64,000 nucleotides of DNA from Cenococcum geophilum (Eukaryota), in contig CP158636.1 in the NCBI GenBank assembly GCA_050273025.1, positions 7,998,001 to 8,062,000 of the forward strand. The letters run 5' to 3'. The stretch's first letter is position 1, and each line of letters begins with the position of its first letter. The notes below the pieces were generated by a model that worked only from the letters and a program-made list of their open reading frames with translations, was not told the origin of the DNA and ran no database searches. Below, one piece after another: positions 24,132 through 38,657 of the stretch. The position numbers and the translations under genes were made by a program.

Positions 24132-27100
24132 AGTAGCTTAATAATAAAGTCCTATAATATAACCTCCTATAGTCTCCCTAGTATTTTAATAGGTTATAGC
24201 CCTCTATATAGCTTATACCTTATTAGTTTATTCCTTTAGTAATTTAAATACTCTTTTATTACTTTTCTAGCTATACCTTAAATTCCATTAATAATATATT
24301 CTTCTTAAAGTCTTAATACTAAGCCTATTACTCCGTTATGTTCTTAAGTTATTCCCTTATAAAAATTTTCTATAAAATACTCTACTATACTTTTTAGAAT
24401 ATACTTTACTTTTTACTTTTTATATATATCCATCTATAGATCTTTTAGCTATACTTTTAGAATTCTTTATACCTAAAAGCTTTCTAGTATCTTATAAACT
24501 CTTCCTAGTTTATTATCCTTTTAAGTTACTACTAGTTTAGGGTAGTTATATTTAATTAATCTATCCTTATTTTTGCGTAGTATTACTTCTAATAGTTTTT
24601 TTATTATTTTATAGTTTAGCCTTTCTACTAAGTATATCTACTCTTATATTCTTAGTTCCTTTAATATACTAAATCTTAAAATAGTATTCTATAAGCATCT
24701 CTACCTATTTAACTTATCTATAATTAAGTTCTTTTATTATTAGGAACCCTATTAGGTTTTTATAATCTATTTTAACTATAAATAGTTTATTTTACGCCTT
24801 ATAAAAATGCTCTTTATTTTTTAAGTACTATAACTATACCTAATAACTCTTTATTATAAATGTTATAGTTTAACTCTAGTAATATTATCTTCTAACTATA
24901 GTACGCTACTAGGTGCTATATATTCTTATACTTTTATAGTAAATATACTTTTAGTATAAAGTTTAATATATCTATATCTATAACTATATTTAGTCCTAGT
25001 TAATAGATCCTAAAGATTAGCTCTTAGGTAAATAACTCTTTAAGTTCCTTAAATAGCTTCCTTTATTTATCTCCCTATATCTATAATTCCTCCTTCTTTA
25101 TAAGCCTAGTAAATAGTTTAATATTTTTTAATCACTATGCTATAAACCTTCTATAGTAGTTATAAAATCCTAGAAATAACCTTAACTATATTATATTTTC
25201 TAGTTCTTACTAACTTACTATAGCTTTAATCTTCTTTAGGTCTATACTAATATAACCTAGTTTAATAATAAATTTAATAAAATTGGTCTTCCTTATAAAG
25301 AACTCGCATTTCTTAATTACTACTAGCATTTATTCTTCCTATAGTTTCTTTAAACCCTATTTAACGTATTCCTTATATTCTTCCTTAGTTATTAAGTAGA
25401 TAATAATATTATTAAGGTATACTATAATAAACTTATTAAGGTGTTCTCCTAATACGCTATTAATTTGTTTCTAAAATATTACTAGTATATTTATTAACCT
25501 AAATTATATTACTAATAGCTTATATAGTCCTTTCTTTAACCTAAAGGCTGTCTTTTATTTATTGCCTTCCTTAATTCTAATCTAATAGTACGCCTATCTT
25601 AGATATATTTTTATAAAGATTTATATATTACCTATCCTATTTTAGATTTTGCTAATTAAGAGTAAAGAATACCTATCCTTTTAAGTAATACTATTTAACT
25701 ATTTATAGTTAATATATAGCCTAAGTTTTTTATTCTTCTTTAGTATAAATAATGCTAAATATCCTATTAATAACTATAATAGTCTAATATATCCCTTTTA
25801 TAGGTTCTTCTAGATAAACTCTTTAAGTGCTCTTAACTCCTTTTAAGTAAGCTTATAGGTTAGAAAGAACCTTAAACTTATTTTTAGTTTTAACTCTATC
25901 TTATAGTTCTATACTATATAATTTACTAACTTCTTACTTTTTAGGCTTCATAGTTTCTTACTATACTTATAATATCTCTTTAGTATATAACTTAAGCCTT
26001 ACTTAGTCTCTTTATATATTACTTTAACTTAGTACTATACTAACTTAGTTAATTATTATATTTTATAGCGTTAAGTATTTTTAATATTAACCTAACCTAT
26101 AACCTAATTAATCTTTAGATTATATTCCTATAACTAAGGTATTTTTAATACTACCTTATCCTATCCTAATAGTAGGATATTAAAAGACATCTTAATTTAT
26201 CTTCCTTTAATGGTTATCTAAATAGGTCCTATTTTAAGGTTAATAATTCCTTCTCTATAGGTTATTAGATCTTCTAAAATTATAATTAATAGGTAAAGCT
26301 GTTCCTTCAATCTATAAAATAGTCCTATTTTTTTACTACTATTAGTAAAATATAGTTCCGCATTACTCTACTATCTATTAATACTTTAAACTATTAATCT
26401 TACTAATTAACTTATAAATTTAGGTGTTATCCTTAAATTCCTTTAAGGGTTTAAAACTTTACTACTAGTTCCCTCTAGTTTTATAGGCCTCTACTTTTCC
26501 TAACTATTAGCTACTTAATCCTATTATACTTAGCTTATTCTTTAGCCAATACCTAGTTCGCTTTTTATCCTTAATATACTATAAATATATATTCTCTAGG
26601 TACTCCTATTACTATTATTTATCTAAGTATTCTTCTATAAGGAATCTTCCTGGTTAAAGTATTAAGTCCTTTAACTCCTAAACTTTTACTAAATACTATC
26701 CGTGTATATACTTAGTATTTTTATACTATTACTTATCTAGCGCCTAATATATCCTTATAGGGTACTTCCAATTCTTTTTTTTAGGTTCTTATATATATCG
26801 CATATATCGTCTATATATACAATCTATAATAGCGTATAGTATACTAGGTACTTTAGGTTAACTCTTAACTTATCTTTATCTTTAAGTTTAAACCTTTATT
26901 ATATTAATCTAAATATTATAACTTTATTCGCGGGTACTAAGATTTGCCTTTTACTTCTCTAGTTCTCTAATTATTTCTTTAGATCCTTTAATATTATAAT
27001 TAAGGCTTCCTTAATATAACTTATAGCTGTTTCTATAATAGGGTAGTTTTAGATAACTTACTTATCTAACTATATATAAAAATCTTCCTACTTATTATTA

Positions 27101-28680
27101 TATTATTGCCTATACCACTTTTAGTATAGCTACTTGAGTATATACGGCTTATCCGTAAGGAAGTATCTTCTTATTACTATATTATAACAGCCCTTTATAT
27201 ATTATTTTTTAAATCTAATAGGGATTTCTAAATCGTCTTCTTATTCTAGTTTAATAAGCTACTTTACTCTTAGCGTACCTATCTTAGGCCTATTAGTTAT
27301 TCTTTATATAGGTGCTTTATCCCTAATACGGCCTAGTATACTAGATCTCTAGTTTAATTTTTATTCTTACTATATAAAGATTCTTTATTTAAACTTCTCT
27401 ATAGTTTTTTTTGTTTTTCGCCTTATAAGTAAATCTTTAAAGTCTTCTTATTTCTTAATCTTAGTATTAATTTTCTTAATAGTCCTTATTTATATATTAA
27501 AGTCTTAATCCTATAAAACTCTTAATCTTAAGCTTACTTCTTTCTTAAGTTTAGCTCTAGCCTTAGTCTAACTAGGCTTCCATAGTGTTCTTATCTTATC
27601 TTAAAAGTCTTAAATCTTACTTATTTTATCTTAAGAATCTTATACCTTTAAGAAACTTCGTCCTAAGCTTATTTATATATTACTAAACTAAGCCATTACT
27701 CTACTCTATTGGTTATTATCCATTATAGGTTCTTAAGCATATCTTATCTCCTTTTAAGAATTTTAAATATCTCTTATCTCTTCTTAAGAATCTTAAGCCT
27801 GTGGCCTTTTACCTTTATTAAGTGGTAAGTTAACACTAGCAGTTATTTGCTTACTTAATCCTTCTTCTTAAATATTTCTCCTTCCATTTTATAAAGCAAT
27901 AAATACCGTATCTAATAGTATTATAATTTCCATTACTAATCCTTACTCTATAATGGTCTTAGTCTCTACTTTTAATATAATATCTTTAAGTTTTACATGC
28001 TCCTAGTAAGCTGCCTTTATTACCTTATTATTACTAAATGCTTTGCCTATGTTAAATTTATCGTCCCTAATATCTAATCTATAAGATAGTTCGTTGGTTC
28101 CTCTAAACTCTAATAATTTTAGCTCTTATAGTTAGTAGCTTACGCTATACTTAGCGTCCTTATAAATTTAGTATACGTTATTATAATAAAACGCAAAACT
28201 CTTAATTAAATATTCTTTTGTTCCTTATAGCATATTATTATCCCTCTATATATATATATTGTCTACTAGTCTTATTCCTCTTACTATATAGTAACTCTAA
28301 CTAATTTTATAGTCTTTAATAAAATAACCTTATTTTCTATAATTTATATAAGCCCCTTTTTTAAACTATTTTTTTTATTATAAAGTCCGCCTAAACGTCT
28401 TCTACTATTAAGATCCCTGGTTTAACCTTTACTCCTTAAACCTTTAATTACTTAATTCTTATTCTCTAGGTTTTTATAGTTTCCTATTATATTTTCTGTT
28501 TTCTTTAATACTACTTAGGTCTATTAACTTTGCGCTATACTATAGTTTTTAATTTTAACTTTATTATTACGTACCCTACGCCTTATATAACTATAGAACT
28601 CTATCCTAACCCTTTTTAGTCTACTCTCTTTAGTAGATCGTATTATTAATCTTAATTACTTAATTAATTAATTCCCTAAG

Positions 28681-31600
28681 GATGCGCGTGTCGGTATATC
28701 AATAGATAGAACCGTTCGCCTCTAGGGCGGCTCGCCGGTGAGATATACTTAAGGAGTAAATAGGAGTTACTTAGGCGGGAGAGGCAGTGGCTCGGCCTCG
28801 TCCGTAGAAGGTGTACCCAACTATATTGCAGGATGCAGCTACGACGCCTCCGTAGGATTACGTCAGTAGGCGCGAAGATGGGAGTTGCAACCCCTGGAAA
28901 CGGCAGCTTATGCCCGCGCCGGCGGAAACAATAAAGAAGGCGTGAAACTAGAGGCTATAGAAGGCTCCCAAGCCGTGCAAAAGCGTACCAACTCTAGGAG
29001 GAAACTCTTATACAGACTACTAGGGGGTAGACTAGTACTCGGGTAATACCGTTATAAGATATCTAAAAGAACTGGTGAAATTCCCTACAATTGGTGGTGG
29101 CAGCTAACTGCTTATAGTTTAGGACCAAAGCACTAAAAAACTGGGGTAGAGGCCTAGATAAGCAGGTATGTTAAACTCTACTGTATTACTAGCTAATATA
29201 TAACTACCTATGCAATTATAGGAGCTCTTGCTGCACCTGGCCCAAAAAGACTAAAACCAACTAAAAGAACCCTAAAAAACACCTAGAGAATCCCCCTAAG
29301 ATGCATGCATCGTAGGGGAGGCACACGTCAAACGACGGTAGCTCGCACTCGCGCGCGACCGCTAGAACTACGCCTAGCAATGGCCCTCTATAACAAAGAC
29401 GGGCGAATACCACATCATAAAGCGGAAATACCTTTATTAAGAAGGCATCTAACAAAATATAAAGCCTATTAGACGCGTCTAGTATCTAGAATTGTGGGGG
29501 AGTAACCGTTAGCTATAATAAACTAATGCAGCTAGTAGAATGGCTTCGCCAGTCTAGCGAACCTTAGGTGCCCCTCTAGTAAACCCTTAATTAAATCCTC
29601 TAACGGCTAAGCAAAATTAAAAATAAGTATAACCCCCCCTTACCGGCGAACCGCACTTAGGCCGCCGTAGCTGCGCTTTTACAGCATAGGGAACCTACCC
29701 CCCTTAAGTTAATAACTAGGTATATAATTATAATATAACCAAATATAGAATAAGTAGAGGGGCTTAGGGGATAATTAGAAACAGAAGTCCTTATAAAGAT
29801 ATGTAAAGAGGTCTATAACACTGTTATAGTCTAACACCTTAAGAGCGGAGATATTAGAGTTACCTTAAAGGACTAATAGGTAAAGGAACGAGCTATAAGG
29901 GTAGAGGATAGGCTAGGAGAATGTATTGGTATAAAAGTACTCTATAAGGATTACCTAGTTAAAGTCCTAGCGGTTCCTATAAGCCTTAGGGTAGAAAAGG
30001 GACGCTAGGTAGACAATATAGCAATTATATAGGAGATAGTAAGACAAACGGAACGCCTTATACTAGGACTCGAAATCACCCAAATCTAATAGCTTTAATA
30101 GGAAAATGTAAACTAAGTATATAATAAGAATAATAAGAGGATATAAGGGTTACTGGAGACTCGCTAGGGAGACGCTGGACAAATGTATAGCTCCCTTATT
30201 GTTAGTATATATATACCAGGAATGCAAAAACTCCTTATCTAAAAAGGAATAATTATAAATGGCCTTATATACAATATAAGGCTCTATAACTACAGACTAC
30301 GCCTAGAACGATACTATTGCTGTGTATAATAGGGATATACCTAATCTATATACGCAGTATAGGTGTGCTACGGCCACTATATAGGCCCCTATAATATAAG
30401 ACATTGCTTAAATTAAGACTAAATAAAATGCGCGAACTGCTACCGAAGCATATATAAGGCGTGGGAGAGAGAAGACTGCATTAAATATAGGAGATGGAAG
30501 GTAAGGGCTTAATAGCTGCGGGAATAACTGCACGCTAGGTTATATAAATGGAAATAACAGGCGATAAGCTAGGGGGACGCAGGTGCCTTCCTAGCGTTTC
30601 CTACCTTTAATATTAGAGGGCTAGGCCAGCTATCCTAAGCCTTAACGGGCCAGAAGCGACGCCGCGCGATATTACTAGACTAATTAGGGATATAAGGGCC
30701 ACAGGGGATATAAGGGAGAGGACGCCCCGTAGGAAGACCCCTATGGACAGCGACAGCAGGCTTAAGACCAGGACAATTAAGAATTAGACTTAATGCGGCA
30801 AATATAATATTCGCAGCCGACCTATAAAGGGTATATAGCCGACTAGTAAGAACAGGGGAAGAACCGGTAACAATAATAGATTTAGATATAGAAGCGCTAA
30901 TAGGAATACAAGATATGGGAATAGAAAGCTCTATATAAAATAAATAGTAACTAGGGTATAGATATAAGAGACAGAAGCTCTAAATATCCTAGAGAAAGTA
31001 GAAATAGAAGAAGCGAGGAATAAAGGAGAGTTAAAGGACCCTCGCCGGGGGTCCGCTACCTATCTATTATATAGTATAACTGCGGTAACACAAACCACCG
31101 CCTTGCAAGGCCCCTACTAGATAGTCTAGACCTAGAGAAACACTATATCCTTGCTATATAAGAACCGTATTACAATACCTTTATATAATTAATATACTGC
31201 CCCCGAGGATTCTAGCTCCTATATAAACTAAAAGCAGCTATACGCGTGTGCTTTATAATTAGTAAGGCTATTAGCCTGTCCTTATAGTTATAGCAGGCAG
31301 TTAACCTAGATATTGCAGTTATAATAATCTAAATATATAGGGGACCGGTACAAATTATTAATGTGTATAACCCTAGGGTTAAAGGGGTCCTATAAACAGA
31401 GAATATTATATCGGTAATAAGCTTACTGGAAACCGAAGGTATAGAGTTTATCCTACTAGGAGACATAAACCTCCACTACCCGCGGTAGGGGGGTATCTAT
31501 ATTACTGCAGATTAATAGTTAAAGTGCCTACTAAGAGCTATAGATATCTAGGGCCTTAAGCTAGCTACCCCCCTAGAAGCAATTATATGGCAACGAGGCA

Positions 31601-34600
31601 CCGCCAGAAGTACAATTAACCTTATATTTATGGACGAAGGCCTATACCAGAGACTCGAAAGGTGCAACCCTAAAGAAAAATAGGCACTTACCCTAGACTA
31701 TATCCCTATCTAGATATAGCTAGACCTAGATACCAAAGCGTAACTAAATAGAAAAAGATACGTAATAAGGAAGCTTAAGATAAACAGTTTCCTTAATATA
31801 GTTAAACAATAACTCTAAAACCTAGAAGAAATCCACCTAATACTAAACAAGTGAGGCTTATTGGCCACCCCTAAGGAAATTGACCGAAGACTAGAAAGGA
31901 TCTAGGCAGTAATTAAAAATGGGCTGGAAGAGCACTGCCCGATCTTAAAACCGGGCCCCTATACGTGATACGCATGGTCTATATAATGCGTAGTTCTGGT
32001 TACCAGCTAACGATGAGTAAGAAGGAAATATATAAGCAGCCACGACCCTAAAGACGAGAGACGATATAAAGACATAAGAAACTAGCTAAAGAATATCCTA
32101 AAAAAAGAAGTAAGGAATAACTGGAGACGGTTTATAAATGAGTATACTTTTAACCCGAGCCTCCCCCATAATAAGGGCCTTTGGGCTATAGCGAAATAGG
32201 TAAAGAAAAAGGTAGGGCGCCTAGTAGAAGACCTATACCTACCACCCTTATAAAGAGTAGGAGAATTATAGGCTATAAATAACAACGATAAGAAGGCAAA
32301 GATCCTTATAGAAAGGTTCTTCCCCTAACCGGCTTTAGCAGACCTTAGTGATATCATAGGCGAAATACCGGTGACTCGCCTGCGGGTCAACAGCGACATA
32401 ATAATAGAGGAAATGGCTAGAACTATTAGCCGCCTTTTAAATAATATAGTATTAGGACCAGATGGGATTCCAAATAAGGCCCTAAAAACCTGTGGGCCAC
32501 TTATAGCACCTTAGCTTGCAGATATAGCCAGAGCATACTTTACTATAGGCTACTACCCGCGACTTGGAAGATCTATAACGACGGTTGTCCTATAAAAAGA
32601 AGGTAAAGCAGATTACTTAATCCTAGGAAGCTACCGCCCTATTGCCTTAGAAAACACCCTTAGCAAGATCTTAGAAAGGGTAATAGCGGAACGTATAGTA
32701 GACATGGTAAAGAAACACGCTCTACTACTATAAAGCTAAATAGGGGCAAGAAAGAACCGCTTAACACTATCAGCACTTACGCTACTCGCTACTACTATTA
32801 AATCTGCATAGGCGATGCGAAAGGACTTTATAGTATTAATGCTTAGCCTAGATATTAGTGGTGCCTACGACAATATACCCTATAAGCGTCTCCTATATAT
32901 CCTTAGGGCAAAGGGCTTCTTAGAATAGATTATACAATTTATTTAAGGGTTTATAGGCCAGAAAGAAATATTACTAGTCTTTAGCGGATACCAGAGCCCC
33001 CCTATCGCAGTTATAATAGGAATACTATAAGGATTACCCCTCTTACCTATACTCTTCCTTTTCTTTATAAGTAACCTACTTAACTCCTTTAAGGAAGGGG
33101 CGACCTAGGGGATAGGCTTTATTAATAATATAAACCTAATTATATACGGGCCAATAGCCGCAGAGAATTGCAGAATATTAGAGAAAGCCTATAATACTTA
33201 TATAGAATAGGTAAAACATTATAGAGTTTAATTCTTACCAGAGAAATACCAGCTAATCTATTTTATAAGAAAACGCAACCAATTTATAGATCTTTAGCAT
33301 ATAATTCGCATTTAAGGCTTTAGGGGTTAACCAGTTTAGGGCCTAAGGGTATTAAGAGTATAGGTAGACAGTAAGCTCTAGTAGAGCGCATATACGGCGT
33401 AAGCGGCCCGTAAAGGCTAAGCACAGTTCATTGCTTTATCTAGGATTATTAATTCTATATGGGGTCCATACTTCTAGAGGTTACGCCTACTATATATAGC
33501 AGTTGTTCGGCCAACCATAATATATAGATCCAGTATTTAGGCTATTGGAGAAACTAAAAAGGGCCCCCCTAAATTACTCCTTAAACTACTTTAAAAGGTC
33601 CAAATAGCCTGCCTTTGGAGTATTATAGGCGGGTATAAGTAAACGGCCACAGCACTGCTTAAGAAGGAATCTAATATTCCCCCCCTATAGTTATATATTA
33701 AAGCCGCTATAATATAAAGGACGTAAAATAAACGTAACTCTAATATTATAAAGTATATTAAGATACGCCTAAGTAAACTATAGAGGGACCCTAGGGTGCC
33801 CCGTAGGAGAATAAACCAACAACCCTAAAGTAGGGAAGAGATATTAGAGAAATAGGTAAAGAAAGTAGAAGAAGAATAGTGCCGCTTTAGGGCCTAGGCC
33901 CATATAGAGGAGGAAGGGAGACGTATAAGAGGTTAGCAAAGATAATAGTAAGACAGAGAAAGGAGCTAAAGTAGAATACGCAAGAACGCTGGGAAACTAT
34001 CTACCGTAATATAATACTGGTTAGACTAACGCTAGAGAGGTAAATGGGAGTTGAAGGTATAGAGGCTGACTTAGGTAAGATGAACCCAAGCTATAGTATA
34101 GTTAATGCTATGGGGGGTAAATACCTAAGGGCTCCAAGAAGGCTTAATAAAGGTAGAAAATATAATAGCAACACTCTTAAGAATAGGAATAATAGGACTA
34201 AAAGATTGGCTTTACTAGGTAGGTGTCCTAGTAGGTAGCCCGAGATATAAATGTGGCTAGCCAAAACAGACACCAAAATACGTAATACTGCTATACCCCC
34301 TACGCACTAATTGAGAAATAATACTCTTAGCAGCTAGCACAGAGAACTATAATACACTGCTCTTAATATAAAAAGGCCTCAAGGCGGTTACCTAGTGGCT
34401 TATTAGTTAAAATGTGCTAAATCAGTTCTGGGTTATAAGGGAAATAGTAATAGAAGGCAAGGGGGCGAGCAGCAGGTGCCCCCTAGTAACTCTACAGTAG
34501 TAGAGTAATAGTTTGTGATACTAGCGCGTCCGTAGGCTTATTACGGCAGCAGTGGTTTCTAAGGAGGTTAAATAGTAAGATAATAGAGCACTATAGGCGA

Positions 34601-34763
34601 CTTATAGGCGCTAAGTAGGCGAGTCCTAAAAGGCGGGGAGATGGATTACGGGGTTTTCTCATTTTTCTTAAATAGAGTTTTCTCCCCATATATAAATAAG
34701 GAGTAGTCTATGTGGGCCTAATAGGGATTTAAATCGGACGTTAAGCAATGAATTATTATTATT
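28681..34763 (+). mobile_element. Full-length Tad1-like LINE nested in the gag of A, RIP-inactivated
   Basis: TSD of up to 18 bp, ATTAATTAATTCCCTAAG (28663-28680, 34764-34781), and an (ATT)n tail. ORF1 relic has CCHC knuckles (~30310-30480). ORF2 relic has APE (YNCGN, LLGDINL), RT (GPDGIPN, SYRPIALENTL, LSLDISGAYD) and a C-terminal Cys/His motif (~34250-34300). Confidence 0.93.
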
Positions 34764-35487
34764 ATTAATTAATTCCCTAAGAGTGTCCGCATCTTCTATT
34801 AAATAATTACATCCTAGACTTTTACTTTAAGTCTTTGTTTATATTATACTATAAGCGCTTTATTATTTTATTTAACTTACGTAGCTAATATCTAAAATTA
34901 TATCGTATACTTAATTATTAAGGTCCGTTGCGTTAAGTTTTAAAGCCTTTTTTTACTATAGTAGTTACTTCTAGGTTTTTAAATATTTATATTAGGCGTT
35001 CCGCGAACCCGTTTTAACTAGTAAACATATATTATACTTCTTAGTTAGTAGTTACTATACCGCTTTTCTATACCTCTATAAGGTAAGGTTTAAACTACTT
35101 AAGTGCCCTTTCTAATAGGAACAATCCTATATAGGCTATTTAATTTATAGGCGTTACTAGCTTTACTCCCTCTTATATAACCTTAAAGTGTATTTATATA
35201 AAAAATCTTTTAAGTTTTAACTTCTCTCCTAAGAATTGCTTAATAGATAGTAACTTAATCTTTACTACTTCTATCCCATTAATCCTTTCTTTAAGTATCT
35301 TATTATTATCTGTTAATTAATTAACTATAGCTTATAACTGTCTAACCGTAACTAGCTAAGAGTTAGTATCTACTATATTAGTGTTATTACCTAATCCTAA
35401 GGTAGTTGCTGCTATTAACGGCTTTATAACTACTGCTTTTAATAGTATATTGTTTAACTTCTTTTACTATAACCTTAGTAGTAAATA

Positions 35488-35889
35488 TATAACGAAGCCT
35501 TGTAGGAAATACTATGGTAAACTTATTAATAGGCTGGGTATATAGGTATAGAATAGTTAATAATATAAATATAATTAGTGGAGTGGTTACCTAATAAATT
35601 AACTCTAATTATATTCTAAGATTTACTATAAAGAAGAGGAACTATCTATAGAGACTATATATCCTTAAATATATAACTCCTCCCTATAGTAAAGGTTCAG
35701 TACATTAGTACGTTACGTTTTTACGTTCCTACGTTCCTACGTTCTGAACTTGTAATATAACTAGCTATATAACTTAGCTACCTTTTATCCTATAGCTTAA
35801 TCGGTTCTAGTACCTCCCGTACTATCTTAACCAACCCATTTATATCTTTTTTTAGTAGTTATACTACTGTTAATATAAGGTCCATAATA
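35488..35889 (-). repeat. 5' LTR of element A
   Basis: Direct repeat of 14129-14546 (16 bp shorter in the internal tandem motif), followed by TSD TACTC. Confidence 0.9.
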
Positions 35890-36674
35890 TACTCGCTAAA
35901 TTACTCTAAACTAGTTAATTCTATCTTTATTATAGAGTCCCTATCTTAAAAAAAAAGTAGGTAATATATTTTAGCGGGTAATAGGATAAATTAAGGCTAA
36001 TTGGCTAGGATCTAAGGGTTTTTATTAGCTCTCTATTTCCTAGGTATTTATTTTAGCCCTCTTTAGAAAGGCCTAAAATTAATATTTATAGAGAATAGCT
36101 AGGAATATACGGTCTAGATTTAACGGTAATACTATAACATATTATTAATTTAGGGTAACTATATTATACTACTATATTAAAGGCATTTAATATTACGGAC
36201 CTTATATCGTTAGTAGTTACACTATTAAGAAAAGATATAAATGGGTTAGTTAAGATAGTATAAGAGGCGCTGGAACCAATTAAGCTATAGGATAAGGGGT
36301 AGCTAAGTTATATAATATTATAAGATTAGTTTAGTACGTAGGAACATAGGAACGTGGGAACGTATATAATATATTAATATACTAACGTACTGACGTACTT
36401 AGTATATTTCTTAGGCGTAGCATTATATACTTAAAGGACTATAGTCCCTACCTAGATAGTTCTCTTCTTTATAATAAATCTTAAAATATAATTAGAGTTA
36501 ATTTATTAGGTAACCTACTCCACTAGTTATATTTATATTATTAACCTTTCTATTTACCTATATACCTACCCATTAATAAGTCTACCATAGTATTTTCTAT
36601 AAGGATTTATTATATTTTTACTACTACGGTTACGGTATTAATAAAAGTCAAATAATATACTACTTAAAGCACTA

Positions 36675-37670
36675 CAGTAAAAACTCTTTATAACGATACG
36701 GGTTTTTACGCCGTTTGTATCGTTATACTAAAGATATCGTTATATTTAGACTTTTCACGTAAAACATACCAAACGTTAAAATTATGTAATAATATTGCAT
36801 ATCTATGAGCTCGAAGTTAAAATTAAGCAATCAGCTCTATTAAAAAACGACTTAATTGTCATCTGCTTGGTGTTTTGGAGTTATCGTCCTTAGATTTAAC
36901 GCTCGCCTTAATAGACTATCCTTTTATTGCTCCCTATATAGACGAAGCTTTTATAAGGCCTCTATTGCCTTATTAAGTTTAATTTAAGATTATTGGGAGT
37001 CCTTATCTGTTTCTATATCGCGATCTGGCCTAGCGTAGAGCTTCGCTACGTGCTTAATAAGATCTTTAGTAGAGTCCACTACATCTTTGCCTAGAGGATG
37101 AATAAAATTCTAAATATTTATAAGCTTACGGATCCTTCCGGCAGCACGTAGTTATTTAGTCATCTCTTATACCTTATGTGGCAATTTAGCTAAATTAAGG
37201 TGGTTAAATTTGTCATTTAGTATTTTTAATACTAAGGATTAATTAAACGGAGGAAGTCGCTTACCTATAAAGCAATGTGTTTTTATAATAAGTAAGGGTG
37301 TTTTATATAGTAGGCGCGTATTTTTTAACGCTTAAAGTTAAAGAATCTATGGCGACGTTGCCTTTAAGAATTTTAAGATCTGGGCACAATAAATAAAATA
37401 GAATTAAGTATGGAGAGTAAGATCTAAGTATTACTTTGATAGATTTTAATCGTTGTATAATAAAGATTGATGGTTAAACTTACGGTAAGAAAAGGCCAAA
37501 TCTGACGAATTAAAAACTCCTTATAATGATTTTGCTGGGGCCACCTCTACGATATTGTCAAATGTTAGAATATCGTAATATTACACCAAAAAAGGCTTGA
37601 TTAAGGGGTGTAGATCGTAATATAGAGTATATTGTTATAACACCGTTATCGTTATAAGGAGTTTTTACTG
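36675..37670 (-). mobile_element. pogo/Tigger-like (Tc1/mariner) internal-deletion derivative, 996 bp
   Basis: TIRs CAGTAAAAACTC(T/C)TTATAACGATA with TA TSD. Minus-strand relic of a CENP-B-type N-terminus is fused to a C-terminus ending KQMTIKSFF. No DDE core. Confidence 0.85.
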
Positions 37671-38198
37671 TAGTTATAACGCTATTAATAGTAGCAACTA
37701 CTTTAGGATTGGGAGATACTAGTATAAGGGATAATAACTTATAGGTGGTTATAATAAATTAGCCTAGCATCGGGAAAATATTCGCAGGATGAGATTCAAG
37801 TAGACTATCAGACCGTAGAATCAATTAGCGGACATACGTATATCCGCAAGCGGATATCGCTAACCTTTTTTGTCAAAAAGTTGATTCTATGGTCTGAGAG
37901 ACTTTCGTAAGGTTTCTTAAGCGATCCGACTTGTTTTGTATGTAGAGCAGTCACCTTTTTCAACGAAATTAATCTACTACCCTACAACAGCTATCATCTC
38001 AGAAATATCGTTAAATTAATCCGCAGAAGTAGCTCTATAATCGATGAGTATATCTACTCCGTACGCCTCTACGATATCTAGTAAAAAGCGCCGCCGAACG
38101 GGCGATGTGTCTATTGAATCGCCTACAGCCTACCCAAACAACAACCACCTAAGGACTTTAAGCTGCTTATTACTACTATCTTAGGGGGCTACAAACAT

Positions 38199-38657
38199 CT
38201 GCACGAACGTCTGCACGAAGCTTTACACGAAGCTCTGCGTACGGAGGCTCTGCACGAAGCTCTGCACGAAACTTTACACGAAGCTCTGCACGAAGCTCTG
38301 CGTACGGAGGTTTTGCACGAAGCTCTGCACGAAGCTCTGCACGAAGCTCTGCGTACGGAGGCTTTGCACGAAGCTCTGCACGAAGCTCTGCGTACGGAGG
38401 CTTTACACGAAGCCCTGCACGAAGCTTTGCACGAAGCTCTGCGTACGGAGGCTCTGCACGAAGCTTTGCGCGAAGCTCTGCGTACGGAGGCTCTGCGCGA
38501 AGCTTTGCGCGAAGCTCTGCACGAAGCTTTGCGCGAAGCTCTGCACGAAGCTTTACACGAAGCTCTGCACGAAGCCTTACAGAAGCCCTGCACGAGGCTT
38601 TGCACGAAGCTCTACACGAGGCTTTGCACGAAGCTCTGGTCGAAGCTCTGCACGAAG
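38199..38657 (+). repeat. Tandem array of 12-bp CTGCACGAAGCT interspersed with 15-bp CTGCGTACGGAGGCT
   Basis: Directly visible; translates as (LHEA)n/LRTEA in one frame. Confidence 0.97.

Larger units (their letters stand above)
14129..35889 (-). mobile_element. Ty3/Gypsy chromovirus A, full length (~7.8 kb after removing nested B and LINE), RIP-inactivated
   Basis: Paired LTRs at 14129-14546 and 35488-35889 with TSD TACTC (14124-14128, 35890-35894). PPT adjoins 14547. RIP-degraded gag, protease, RT, RNase H, integrase and chromodomain (YKVKWIGY, ~15300-15450) lie on the minus strand. Confidence 0.92.
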
